Shown here one piece after another: positions 25,873 through 35,033 of a DNA stretch of 64,000 nucleotides. The notes below the pieces were generated by a model. The model was not told where the DNA came from and did not search any database. It saw only the letters and a program-made list of their open reading frames with translations. Each line of letters starts with the position of its first letter. The first letter of the stretch is position 1. A program made the translations under genes and the position numbers. The DNA lies in IMG/VR virus record IMGVR_UViG_3300035698_031273, positions 1 to 64,000 of that record; one strand, 5' to 3'. The stretch comes from a virus.

Positions 25873-26998
25873 TCTATATTTTCGTCTTGTAAATAATAAT
25901 GCTTTAGATGCACTAAAGAAACTACCAGATAATTCTGTGCATTGTTGTGTAACCTCTCCTCCTTATTGGTCTTTTCGGGATTATGGAGAAGTCAATCAAA
26001 TCGGGAAAGAACCAACTATAAAAGAATATATTATTAGTCTTTTAGATGTGTTCTGGGAATTAAAAAGAGTACTTAGAGATGATGGGAATCTTTGGTTGAA
26101 TGTAGGAGATGGATATTGTGGAGCAGGTCATTTAAATGATAGTACAGATCCTAATTTTCCTTTAGGTAAAAATGGTCAATATCTTGCTCTTAATAATAAA
26201 ATAGAAGGTTACAAAAATAAGGATTTATTAGGTATTCCATGGCAATTGTCTCAAGCACTGCAGAAACCAAAAATTAAATGTAATTGTTGTGGACTAAATG
26301 ATTATTGGGAAAAATGGGGTCATTTGGTTGATGGGAAAATATGTCCTTTTTGTAAAAAAATAGTTGATTATAAAATATCAGAAAAAGGATGGTATTTTCG
26401 TTCTGATGTAATATGGTATAAACTCAATAGTTATCCAGAAAAAGTGAAAGATAGACCAGTTAAAAGTCACGAATATCTTTTTTTACTATCAAAGAAAAAG
26501 ACTTATTACTTTGATTTTTATGCTATTAGACAGAAGGTAAAAGAACATTTGAAAGACAATAGTGCTAGAAAATTTGTGAAAAAGAATACGGTTTGGGAAT
26601 CTGGTATTTCAACATTTCGTGGAGCACATTTTGCTACTTTTCCCCCTAAATTAGTTGAACCTTGCATTTTAGCAAGTACAAGTGCCAAGGGTTGTTGTTC
26701 TTCTTGTGGTTCCCCATGGAAGAGGATTATTGAAATTAAAAAAGTAAGTTTTAAAAATCGGAGTAAAAAGGTTACTGATTATCGTTCTATAGGATGGGAA
26801 CCAACGTGTTCTTGTAAAAATAATGAGCCAATTCCTTCTACGGTTTTAGATTGTTTTAATGGGGCAGCTTCCACAGGAGTAGCAGCTTTAACAAATTCAA
26901 GAAATTATGTTGGAATTGAAATAAATTCCGATTATATAGATATCAGCAGGAATAGGTTAAGAGAAATAGACCCGTTGGGGATAGAGGAATTATTATGA
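25865..26998 (+). CDS. Beta-class N4-C/N6-A DNA methyltransferase with Cys-rich insertions
   Basis: VTSPPY catalytic motif IV, HFATFP, VLDCFNGAASTG SAM-binding motif, GIEIN. Confidence 0.9.
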   Translation: MNNLYFRLVNNNALDALKKLPDNSVHCCVTSPPYWSFRDYGEVNQIGKEPTIKEYIISLLDVFWELKRVLRDDGNLWLNVGDGYCGAGHLNDSTDPNFPLGKNGQYLALNNKIEGYKNKDLLGIPWQLSQALQKPKIKCNCCGLNDYWEKWGHLVDGKICPFCKKIVDYKISEKGWYFRSDVIWYKLNSYPEKVKDRPVKSHEYLFLLSKKKTYYFDFYAIRQKVKEHLKDNSARKFVKKNTVWESGISTFRGAHFATFPPKLVEPCILASTSAKGCCSSCGSPWKRIIEIKKVSFKNRSKKVTDYRSIGWEPTCSCKNNEPIPSTVLDCFNGAASTGVAALTNSRNYVGIEINSDYIDISRNRLREIDPLGIEELL

Positions 26999-27168
26999 AA
27001 ATTACAGTCGTATGCTCTCATTGTGGAGAACACGATAAAGATCCTAATCTTGAGATTAATTTTCGTGATGGAAAAATTTATTATATATGTTCAGAATGCC
27101 GAAAAGAAAGTATTATTAGTTTAAAGGCAGAAAATAAACCTTTTCCCAGAGCCAGATTGACTCATTAA
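26995..27168 (+). CDS. Small Zn-ribbon protein (57 aa, not in ORF track)
   Basis: MKITVVCSHCG...YICSECRK...; ATGA overlap with the MTase stop. Confidence 0.7.
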   Translation: MKITVVCSHCGEHDKDPNLEINFRDGKIYYICSECRKESIISLKAENKPFPRARLTH

Positions 27169-27777
27169 ATGTATTTTATTGTTAATAATAAAAAAAATGA
27201 GATAGTTATTTCCGATTTAAAGCTTTGTCTAGGACCAAGACAAGCTATGGATTTAGATAAAATATTTAAACGAGATCAAATAGAATATTCAAAAGATTTA
27301 AAATTAAGTATAAAAAAAGGCATTGTAACAATACGTCAAAAATCTCCGTCAGGTAGAGAACACCAAAGTACGATTATTAATACAAATAGTGGTGTTGGTG
27401 CCGAAGAAATAGAAAAAATAAAAGATGACTTAACTAAAGAAATACGTGATGGAATAGGTTCTATTAGAAATGATTTAGAACATCAAGATAGTAATAAAGA
27501 AACACCTCCCGTTAAACCAAATTCAGAAATGTCTGAATTAAAAGAAATATTATCTCAACTGACTGTTGCTGTTGGAGGTTTGTCTAAAGATGCTAAAACA
27601 GACGATAAAAATAATGAGTTAGAGACAGATGATATAGATGGTTCTGCTTTAACGGAAATACATAAACGTGCTGTTAATAAAATGACAAAAGATGTTTCCG
27701 GTTCAGTTAATAATATGGAATTACAAGAATTAGATTCTGTCGAAGATAATGTTTCTGAATTAGAAAATTTATTATAA
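27169..27777 (+). CDS. Hypothetical protein; N-terminus resembles that of the fibre at 16132
   Basis: Intact ORF with coiled-coil C-terminal half. Confidence 0.55.
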   Translation: MYFIVNNKKNEIVISDLKLCLGPRQAMDLDKIFKRDQIEYSKDLKLSIKKGIVTIRQKSPSGREHQSTIINTNSGVGAEEIEKIKDDLTKEIRDGIGSIRNDLEHQDSNKETPPVKPNSEMSELKEILSQLTVAVGGLSKDAKTDDKNNELETDDIDGSALTEIHKRAVNKMTKDVSGSVNNMELQELDSVEDNVSELENLL

Positions 27778-27787
27778 GGAATAAATT

Positions 27788-28825
27788 ATGAGTAAAGCTA
27801 TAGCTTCCGATATCGGAACAATGTTTTTCCAAGTAGCAGAATTAAATGAAAATAAAAAAACTATAATAAAAACAATAAGAAATTCTTTTGTAGAACTAGA
27901 AGACTCTGAAGATGTAGAACAAGTTCTTCAACAAAACAAGTGGAAATATGTCAAAGACGAAGATAAATACTATGTTATTGGAGAAGATAGTCTCGTTGTA
28001 GCCAAAATGTTTCCTGGAAGAGTTGAATTAAGAAGACCTATGCAAGACGGTGTTCTTAATAAAGGGGAACAGAAAAAGATGTTGGTAATGGCAGAAATAA
28101 TTGAAAAAGCTATAGGGCAGGCTCCTGATGATAATTCTTTAGTTTGTATATGTGTATCGAGTCCCTCTGCTGATGGTTCTGCTGATAGTACTTTTCATCG
28201 TGCTCGTTTAGAAGGAATGTTTTCCAGATTGGGATGGAATGTAAAAGTAATAGATGAAGCATTGGCGGTTATATTGGCAGAAAAACCAGTTATTGTTGAA
28301 GAAGATGGAACAGAGTCTCCATTTAGTGGGATCGGAATAAGTCTAGGAGCGGGTCGGGCCAACTGTGTTTTAGCTTATAAAGGATTGCAAATTATAGGGT
28401 TCTCAGTTGCTAGATGTGGAGATTTTATTGATAAAAAAGTGGCTGATCAAACGGATACTCCTATTTCTCAAGTTATTTCTAGAAAAGAGAAAAAATTAGA
28501 TTTTGACAATATAGATTATGATGATGATATTTTATTTGCTTTAGATGCTTATTATGGAAGTGTAATAGAACATGTCTTTAAAATATTTTCTAATAAATTT
28601 AGTGAAGTAAAAAGTCAATTCGAAACACCATTAGATATTGTAATTGCTGGTGGTACCAGTATGCCTAATGGGTTTGAGAAAAAAGTTGAAAAAGTTATAA
28701 ATAAATTAAACCTTCCTTTTAAGATAAAAGAAGTGAGAAAATCTAAAGATCCAAGAAATGCAGTTGTTAAAGGACTTTTGACTCAAGCTATTATTAGCCA
28801 AAAAAGATTGGAAAAGAAAAAATAG
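27788..28825 (+). CDS. Actin-like ATPase (ParM/MreB/FtsA superfamily)
   Basis: Phosphate-1 SDIGT, connect IDEALA, phosphate-2 ISLGAG, adenosine IAGGTS, C-terminal AVVKG. Confidence 0.8.
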   Translation: MSKAIASDIGTMFFQVAELNENKKTIIKTIRNSFVELEDSEDVEQVLQQNKWKYVKDEDKYYVIGEDSLVVAKMFPGRVELRRPMQDGVLNKGEQKKMLVMAEIIEKAIGQAPDDNSLVCICVSSPSADGSADSTFHRARLEGMFSRLGWNVKVIDEALAVILAEKPVIVEEDGTESPFSGIGISLGAGRANCVLAYKGLQIIGFSVARCGDFIDKKVADQTDTPISQVISRKEKKLDFDNIDYDDDILFALDAYYGSVIEHVFKIFSNKFSEVKSQFETPLDIVIAGGTSMPNGFEKKVEKVINKLNLPFKIKEVRKSKDPRNAVVKGLLTQAIISQKRLEKKK

Positions 28826-28864
28826 TCAAAAATAAACCTTAAAAAGGTTTTGGGAGTAATTTTT

Positions 28865-28897
28865 AAGAAACTAAATTAAGTTTAGTTTCTTTTTTTA
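28865..28897 (+). terminator. Terminator-like hairpin
   Basis: AAGAAACTAAA-TTAAG-TTTAGTTTCTT followed by a T tract. Confidence 0.55.
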
Positions 28898-28909
28898 TGG
28901 AAAGATAAA

Positions 28910-29629
28910 ATGGGATATTCTTCTATTACTGATGTTCAGAATGTAATGGCACAGGCATTAACAAGTGCTACCACTGCTACTCTCTCGGGGACATCTAATC
29001 TTTTAAATGTCGGGAGAGTTTTAGACACAAATTTAGTAACAACTTCATTGATAGATAGTTATATTACATATGCAGATAATGAAATAGATAGTTATATTAG
29101 TAGTATATATAAAACTCCTCTTTGTGAATTGGCAGATTTTGAATCAGAAGTATATTCTGCTATTAGTGATTATAATTCATATCTTGTTATAGAAAGGGCT
29201 TGTCCTCTTTCTGTAGGAGATACAGTTATTTTAATTGAAGGGGAGTATGAAGAAAGGCATGTTATTGATGAGGTTATTGGAGATGGGGTTTATAGCACTA
29301 CAGATCCTATTCAATATGAATTTTCTACAGATGCCCGTTTAATAAGGGTGAAATTTCCAGATCCTATTACTTTAATATCTGCTCGAATAGCTGCTGCTAA
29401 TATTTTTGACAAGTATTTTGCTTCTCAAAACTCTCCAAATATTTCTGAATATGGAAAACATATAAGAGAATTGGCTAGGTCTGATATTAATAATATTTTA
29501 AACGGAAGAGCAACATTGCATGGTCAACTTAGAATTGGAAGAAGATTTTTTAATGCAAATTTGACTGATCAATATGATTTGCCCAGAGGAACTGAAAGTT
29601 CTAAAGATATTAGTGAATTAAGTAAGTAA
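28910..29629 (+). CDS. Head-tail connector (Mu gp36/DUF1320-like) with inserted beta domain
   Basis: YSSITDV...ADNEIDSYISSIYKTPL...ISARIAA...ILNG; first gene of the morphogenesis block. Confidence 0.65.
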   Translation: MGYSSITDVQNVMAQALTSATTATLSGTSNLLNVGRVLDTNLVTTSLIDSYITYADNEIDSYISSIYKTPLCELADFESEVYSAISDYNSYLVIERACPLSVGDTVILIEGEYEERHVIDEVIGDGVYSTTDPIQYEFSTDARLIRVKFPDPITLISARIAAANIFDKYFASQNSPNISEYGKHIRELARSDINNILNGRATLHGQLRIGRRFFNANLTDQYDLPRGTESSKDISELSK

Positions 29630-29632
29630 CAT

Positions 29633-29944
29633 ATGGCTGATAATGAAAAATTTGTAAACGACATGGAACATACTTCTAATGAAATGAGGAAGATATCCAG
29701 TAGTGGTAATGTTGATTTTGTTTTAGGCTCTGATTTTGTTGACAATAAATTAAAAAATAAAAAGGTTAATACTAAACTTAGTAAGACAGATAAAGATGCT
29801 AGGGATGAAGCTAGATTTAGGAAAACGTTGTTTAAAGAACCTTTTGATGAATCTGGTACTCCTCCAGAAGAGATGGATGATGCAGAATTTTCTATTATAA
29901 ATAAATATATGGAACGATTTTTAGACAACTTATTTAATATTTGA
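29633..29944 (+). CDS. Hypothetical neck-region protein
   Basis: Position in operon. Confidence 0.45.
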   Translation: MADNEKFVNDMEHTSNEMRKISSSGNVDFVLGSDFVDNKLKNKKVNTKLSKTDKDARDEARFRKTLFKEPFDESGTPPEEMDDAEFSIINKYMERFLDNLFNI

Positions 29945-29951
29945 AATTTTT

Positions 29952-30845
29952 ATGGAATATATTTTAGATAGTGTTAGAAGAATGGTAAAAAGATGGGTGT
30001 CTACTGCAACTCCTATTACGGTGAATACGTCTCCAGGGGACACAATGGTTACTGTTAGAAGTTCTATTCGGTTTAGAGCAGGAGAAGAAGTTATGCTAAG
30101 AGATCCTCTTAGATATGAAACAGGATTAGTAATAGATGAAATAATTGATAATAACACTATAAGTCTAACTACTCCAGTTTTAAATAAATGGACAGTGGCT
30201 CAAAATACCGTTTTAGAGAAAACTATAAATCAGATGTTTGTACAGGGTATTTATATTGGAGATCCAGAAGTTATTCCTATGTATCCAGCGATAACAGTAA
30301 ATGGGATGGATAGGAACTCAGAATGGCTTACTTTAGACAGTACAAAAGAGCGTTATAATGTTCAAATAAATATATATGTTATGGATAGTACTCAAGAAGA
30401 TGGATATAGATTTCTTTTGAAAATGACTGATATTATTCAAAAAGGTTTAAAAAAGAACATACTTCCTTTAGTTGGAAGTTATGATGTTATATCTCCTACT
30501 GCTGACATTGCTTTTGGAGATGAATATATAAAAGTTGATAGTACTTCTGATTTACCAGAAAGAGGAAGACTTATTATTGAAGATCAATATCAATCTCAAG
30601 AAACATGGCTACAAGAGATTGTAGATGATACTACTATAATAATAAATCAGGGAGCGTGCTATACTTTTGATAAAGATGATACCAGTATAATTGTTCCTAA
30701 TAGATTTATTTTTAATTCATGGCCTGCTACGATTGATTATGGAAAAATACATAAAGGTGACTTATTGAAAGCATCAACGATTAGTTGGTTCGCAGAAGAG
30801 GAAGAAATGCAGTTAATGAGAAAACAAGATACTCATTTAACTTAA
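29952..30845 (+). CDS. Putative tail completion/terminator protein
   Basis: IYIGDPEVIPMYPAITV...YNVQINIY; located upstream of the tube gene. Confidence 0.5.
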   Translation: MEYILDSVRRMVKRWVSTATPITVNTSPGDTMVTVRSSIRFRAGEEVMLRDPLRYETGLVIDEIIDNNTISLTTPVLNKWTVAQNTVLEKTINQMFVQGIYIGDPEVIPMYPAITVNGMDRNSEWLTLDSTKERYNVQINIYVMDSTQEDGYRFLLKMTDIIQKGLKKNILPLVGSYDVISPTADIAFGDEYIKVDSTSDLPERGRLIIEDQYQSQETWLQEIVDDTTIIINQGACYTFDKDDTSIIVPNRFIFNSWPATIDYGKIHKGDLLKASTISWFAEEEEMQLMRKQDTHLT

Positions 30846-30975
30846 TTTAAAAAAAAGGGTAAATATATAAAAAGTTGAAAAATAATAAATAGATGATTTG
30901 TAAAAAAGGTATTTGTTAATAGTTTTGGTATTTAAAATAGGTTTTTTAGAGTTATTAGAATAGGAGAGTTGAGTA

Positions 30976-31392
30976 ATGGCAGTTATAGCACAGTCAACAT
31001 ATTTAAGCATAGCTAATGATTATGATGCTGCTAGAGAATATATGTTAAGAGGTAAAGCTAGATTATTAGATGCGGTACAGACAATAGTCAATTTAACAGG
31101 AAATGCAGCACTCGCACCTGAAGTTGATTTGTTAAATATTTTTTGGGATAGTTATCAGGTTAATAACGAGTTCTTTTCTGGGACAAGCACCTTAATACCG
31201 GCAGTTAGAGCTATAAATAATCATGTGTTAAATGAAGGTAGCTATGCTAACTTAGATGCTTATTATGAAGATACCACAGGTGATTTGGGAGGCTTTACAG
31301 TTCCATGTTTTTGGGCACAAATGAGTATATCTGCAGGATTTAGTATTAGTGGTGGCAACATAGATCCATGTCCAACGGATTTTGATTATTAA
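30976..31392 (+). CDS. Hypothetical virion protein
   Basis: AGGAGAG RBS; morphogenesis context. Confidence 0.5.
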   Translation: MAVIAQSTYLSIANDYDAAREYMLRGKARLLDAVQTIVNLTGNAALAPEVDLLNIFWDSYQVNNEFFSGTSTLIPAVRAINNHVLNEGSYANLDAYYEDTTGDLGGFTVPCFWAQMSISAGFSISGGNIDPCPTDFDY

Positions 31393-31457
31393 TTTAAGAC
31401 AAGATAATTCTTGTTTTAATATATTTTGTTTAAAGATTAAGAATAGGAGATAGACAT

Positions 31458-32483
31458 ATGGCTTTTGGCATACCTGCTGCTGCTATGGGATTTGTTGGGT
31501 TTGCGAGATTTAACATTCCCAATAATACTACCGTTGTAAGAGCAACAAGTGCTGATCTTAAGTTGAGTCAAGAAATTACGAAGCCCGATGTGATTGATAG
31601 TCGATTTGATCGTACTTTGTATCAATTGGGTCCAAAAATTGTAGAAGGATCTATTGAGTTTCCGGCTATCTTTGACAGTGGTACAACTCAGAATATTAGT
31701 GATGTAGCAAAGGCTTTGTACGAAAGAACGGTATATAGAGATACTTATGGAAAATTACAGTATATGGATGTTGAGGTGAAGTATAGTTATGAAAATGCTT
31801 CTTTTCTGTATCCTAATTGCATTATAAATAGTTGGAATTTTTCAGTTGATCAGCAAGATGTTATTAAAATAACTGTAAATGTAATAGGTGGAGTTAATGC
31901 CAACGAAGCGAGAATAAGTAAGGTTTTTGCGGAACCAACCGAAGCAAATATGGCTCTTACTCGTATTTGTACCTGGAACGATGCTGTTTTTAGAGTATTT
32001 AACTCTGATTTTGATCTAGATATTGGAGGTGAATGGATTAGGCATTTTGATGTAGAAATTAATAATGATGCTGAGCGTTTTTATACTCTTAATGGACTTC
32101 TTCTTCCTCAAGATGTTTCTCCTAAGAAAAGAGAAGTTACTGGTTCTATGATTATTATGGGTCGTCATCCTAATTTATCTAGTCAGGCTCTTACTAATCA
32201 AGAGCGTTGTACTGAAAGTACATGGGTTAAATTTGGATATCAGATATCAAATAGTCAGTGTGGAGCAGGTTTTTATTCTTGTTTACCAAATTCAGTTTTT
32301 CAAATTGAAGAAATAGCATTAACAAACGATCTTTTTGAAACAACAGTAAATTTCCATAATTTTCCTGTGGCTCGACAAAGATTAAGTACAGAGTCTTATG
32401 ATTTTAATCAGACTACTGGCTCAACAACTGATCCTGATCCTATGCTAAGATATATAAATGAGGATCCAGATTCATTTACATAA
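31458..32483 (+). CDS. Major tail tube protein
   Basis: AGGAGA RBS; GPKIVEGSIEF, FDVEINND, KREVTGSM tube-like strands; followed by terminator, chaperones and tape measure. Confidence 0.7.
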   Translation: MAFGIPAAAMGFVGFARFNIPNNTTVVRATSADLKLSQEITKPDVIDSRFDRTLYQLGPKIVEGSIEFPAIFDSGTTQNISDVAKALYERTVYRDTYGKLQYMDVEVKYSYENASFLYPNCIINSWNFSVDQQDVIKITVNVIGGVNANEARISKVFAEPTEANMALTRICTWNDAVFRVFNSDFDLDIGGEWIRHFDVEINNDAERFYTLNGLLLPQDVSPKKREVTGSMIIMGRHPNLSSQALTNQERCTESTWVKFGYQISNSQCGAGFYSCLPNSVFQIEEIALTNDLFETTVNFHNFPVARQRLSTESYDFNQTTGSTTDPDPMLRYINEDPDSFT

Positions 32484-32510
32484 TTTATTATAATTTTTCT
32501 CATTTTCTTT

Positions 32511-32538
32511 AAAAATCCCGTATTTCACGGGGTTTTTT
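32511..32538 (+). terminator. Rho-independent terminator after the tube gene
   Basis: AAAAATCCCGT-ATTTC-ACGGGGTTTTTT. Confidence 0.8.
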
Positions 32539-32678
32539 ATCATGTTTGGTAGAAAATACCTATTTCTGTGTTTCTATGCATGGAAATATAAGTAATTAAA
32601 TATCTTTTAAAATTTCTATTCTTTTGTGTTTTATTTTTTTTGTCGATAGATACTTAGTGTGTTTTAAGGAGAATCAAG

Positions 32679-33125
32679 ATGCTTTTGAATGATAGTTCCA
32701 ATAATTTTATTATAGTTAAAGTTTACTATATGTATCGGGAAGATGAATTTGGTAAACGTGTAGTTGTGGTTTCTGATAAAAAAGCTGAAGAAATGCTTTC
32801 AAATATTGATGAGGCTAATAAGAAACAGGTGCAGATATTATCTACTCAGTGGAGACAACTTTCTTGGAAGGACCAGAAAGTCATTGTTAAGCAATCTGCT
32901 AGTATTTCTGATCCTGTTACAGGTAGTGTAAATTTTGATTTATATGGTTTTAGAGACGCTAGGATTAAGGCCTGTCTTAAAAAGTGGAATTTGACTGATG
33001 ATGAACAAAATCCTATTCCAGTTACACCTGAAAATATTGATTTTTTACCAGCAGATATTGTTTTTGCTTTACAGGCTAAATTTGATGCTGCAGTGGAGGT
33101 CAGCGAAGAGGAAATGGGAAAATAG
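32679..33125 (+). CDS. Tail assembly chaperone (lambda gpG-like)
   Basis: CLKKWNLTDDEQNPIPVTPENIDFLP; between tube and tape measure; ends in slippery G GGA AAA. Confidence 0.75.
   Translation: MLLNDSSNNFIIVKVYYMYREDEFGKRVVVVSDKKAEEMLSNIDEANKKQVQILSTQWRQLSWKDQKVIVKQSASISDPVTGSVNFDLYGFRDARIKACLKKWNLTDDEQNPIPVTPENIDFLPADIVFALQAKFDAAVEVSEEEMGK
33116..33122 (+). promoter_or_regulatory. -1 programmed ribosomal frameshift site GGGAAAA
   Basis: X XXY YYZ heptamer immediately before TAG; the -1 frame is open into ORF 33134. Confidence 0.75.
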
Positions 33126-33325
33126 CAGAGGCCATGAGTGCTTTAGCTGGTGGCCGTAGTGTTCCATGTTCAAATCCTTGTATTTCAGAATTTTTGTTGG
33201 CAAAAGAATTTCACTGGACTCTAAAAGAGATAGATGAAACACCTTATGAGAAGATAAAGCTTTTTCTTGATATGTTATCCATTTATAATAGAGTCCAAAA
33301 TAGTGCTAATAAGAGTAAAAAATGA
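33116..33325 (+). CDS. Tail assembly chaperone gpT-like segment (gpGT fusion via -1 frameshift)
   Basis: GKIAEAMSALAG...EFLLAKEFHWTLKEIDETPY..I..F..ML. Confidence 0.7.
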   Translation, partial: GKIAEAMSALAGGRSVPCSNPCISEFLLAKEFHWTLKEIDETPYEKIKLFLDMLSIYNRVQNSANKSKK

Positions 33326-33444
33326 ATGATTTATTAATATTTTTGTTTATAAGGGAATTTTATTTAACATTGGAAGAAATAAAAAAAATACCAAGTAATA
33401 TGGTGAGAGAAATGATTTTGTTATTAAGAAAGGAAAATTTATGA
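33322..33444 (+). CDS. Small gpT-like paralogue (40 aa, not in ORF track)
   Basis: MNDLLIFLFIREFYLTLEEIKKIPSNMVREMILLLRKENL; ATGA overlaps at both ends. Confidence 0.55.
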   Translation: MNDLLIFLFIREFYLTLEEIKKIPSNMVREMILLLRKENL

Positions 33445-33863
33445 TTAGTGTATTGGTAAAAGAAAACGAAGAAATAACAGTAAAGATTGTTATTGGTGCT
33501 AATAAAGATGGAAATATTTATTGTGAGCCATTTAGAGACAAAGAAGAACTAGTGAAGTTTCTTGGTGAGGACATTAAAGGAGAAATAGAAGAACATATGG
33601 TTATTTTTAGGAGACCAAGTTCTAAAGACATGAAGGAAATATCTGCTGATGTATTTAGTTTTGGAGGAGAAGGTGATATAGGTTTTAATCCTTTGGCTGC
33701 TCGGTTTGCTAAAATGAAAAAACTTATAAAATCATGGTCTTTTTTTGATGAACAGGGAAATAAAATTGCTGCTACTGCTGATAATATCTCTTCTTTAAAT
33801 CCTGCTATTGGCAATGTTTTAGGAGCAGAATTAGATTCAGCAACAGGTGGATTAATTAGATAG
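33441..33863 (+). CDS. Second gpG-like chaperone paralogue
   Basis: LIKSWSFFDEQGNKIAATADNISSLNP aligns with the 32679 protein. Confidence 0.6.
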   Translation: MISVLVKENEEITVKIVIGANKDGNIYCEPFRDKEELVKFLGEDIKGEIEEHMVIFRRPSSKDMKEISADVFSFGGEGDIGFNPLAARFAKMKKLIKSWSFFDEQGNKIAATADNISSLNPAIGNVLGAELDSATGGLIR

Positions 33864-33864
33864 T

Positions 33865-34263
33865 TCACCTGCCTGTTATTTTTCCAAGAAAGCCAGATAT
33901 GACAGTTCCCGCATAGAAGATAAGTAGAAGTATTAAATATCCTACCAATTGTATTTCTTTGGCGGAACAAGGCCACTCCCATATCCATACACAAATAACT
34001 GTTAATATCCATATGAGAAATGTGGGAATCCATGATCGTGTTACAAATATTAATAGAAAACTAAAAACAATAACTAAACAGAGACGGTCAAAGTGAAAAT
34101 CTTCTATTTCTTCATCTTCTTGTAGTGTCCATCCTTGTTTGATATCATGTCCGAGTTCCACCATCTCAGGATCATTTTTGCATTCTCCATAAGCCCACCA
34201 CATGACAACAATGAACAGAACTACTGCTCCTATTTTTGTAATTATTCCTAGTTTTGTTTCCAT
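33865..34263 (-). CDS. Multi-TM membrane protein, paralogue A
   Basis: METKL start, GAGG RBS, WT.QEDE..ED.H..RL motif shared with paralogue B. Confidence 0.75.
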   Translation of the reverse strand: METKLGIITKIGAVVLFIVVMWWAYGECKNDPEMVELGHDIKQGWTLQEDEEIEDFHFDRLCLVIVFSFLLIFVTRSWIPTFLIWILTVICVWIWEWPCSAKEIQLVGYLILLLIFYAGTVISGFLGKITGR

Positions 34264-34320
34264 TTTTACCTCTGGTTTTATTGCCTTTTATTTCATTTCT
34301 CTATTTTAATAGGTTTTCTT

Positions 34321-34940
34321 ATATAATGCTGGAAAATTTTAAATTATTTATTAAAAATGCCTTTTATAGCAGCTCCAAATACAAGAACAAGTCCTATTGC
34401 AAGAAATGCAGCAATTTCTAATTCTTTAAAAGTTAAAGGCCATTTCCATATTGCTACAGAAAGAATAATTAATGCCCATAAAGAAACTACAAAGCCAGGA
34501 GATATAAACAATAAAATAAAACTAATTCCCATTAACAAGAATAAACGTCCTAGATGAACATCTTCTGTTGTTTCATCTTCTTGTTGAGTCCATTCTTCTG
34601 TAGCAATATTTGCAATAGGAGCCAAGTCAGGCCACACTGCTTTATATCCCCACCATATGGCAATTATGAATAAAATTGGCACTCCTATTATAAGACAGTA
34701 GTTTTTGATTACTTCTAATTTAGTTTCCATTTTTTTACCCTTTATTTAGGTTTTTTATTTTAGCATCTTTCTCTACATATATCAATTGAATCATATAATG
34801 CTGGAAAATTATAGAATTTTGCCCAAAAATAATGAAAAAACTGCATTTTTACTCAAAAATAAGGCATTTTTCATATAATGCTGGAAAATTTCACATTTTA
34901 ACATAAATAAATGGGGTTTTTTATATAATGCTGGAAAATT
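34321..34940. repeat. 18-bp motif ATATAATGCTGGAAAATT x4 (34321, 34793, 34873, 34923)
   Basis: Four exact copies, all intergenic. Confidence 0.9.
34344..34730 (-). CDS. Multi-TM membrane protein, paralogue B
   Basis: METKL start; WTQQEDETTEDVHLGRL, IWKWP...KELEI shared with paralogue A. Confidence 0.75.
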   Translation of the reverse strand: METKLEVIKNYCLIIGVPILFIIAIWWGYKAVWPDLAPIANIATEEWTQQEDETTEDVHLGRLFLLMGISFILLFISPGFVVSLWALIILSVAIWKWPLTFKELEIAAFLAIGLVLVFGAAIKGIFNK

Positions 34941-35033
34941 CCTAATTTTACTCAAAAAGAGGGATTTTTCAGAAAAAATTAAAATAAAAGGGTAGGAAAT
35001 TTCTTTAAAAAATTCTTTGAGGATTAATTTATT

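Noticed and set aside
34321-34940. 18-bp repeats as a mini CRISPR array
   Set aside because: Repeat too short, spacing irregular (472, 80 and 50 bp), spacers AT-rich and partly similar to each other, no cas genes
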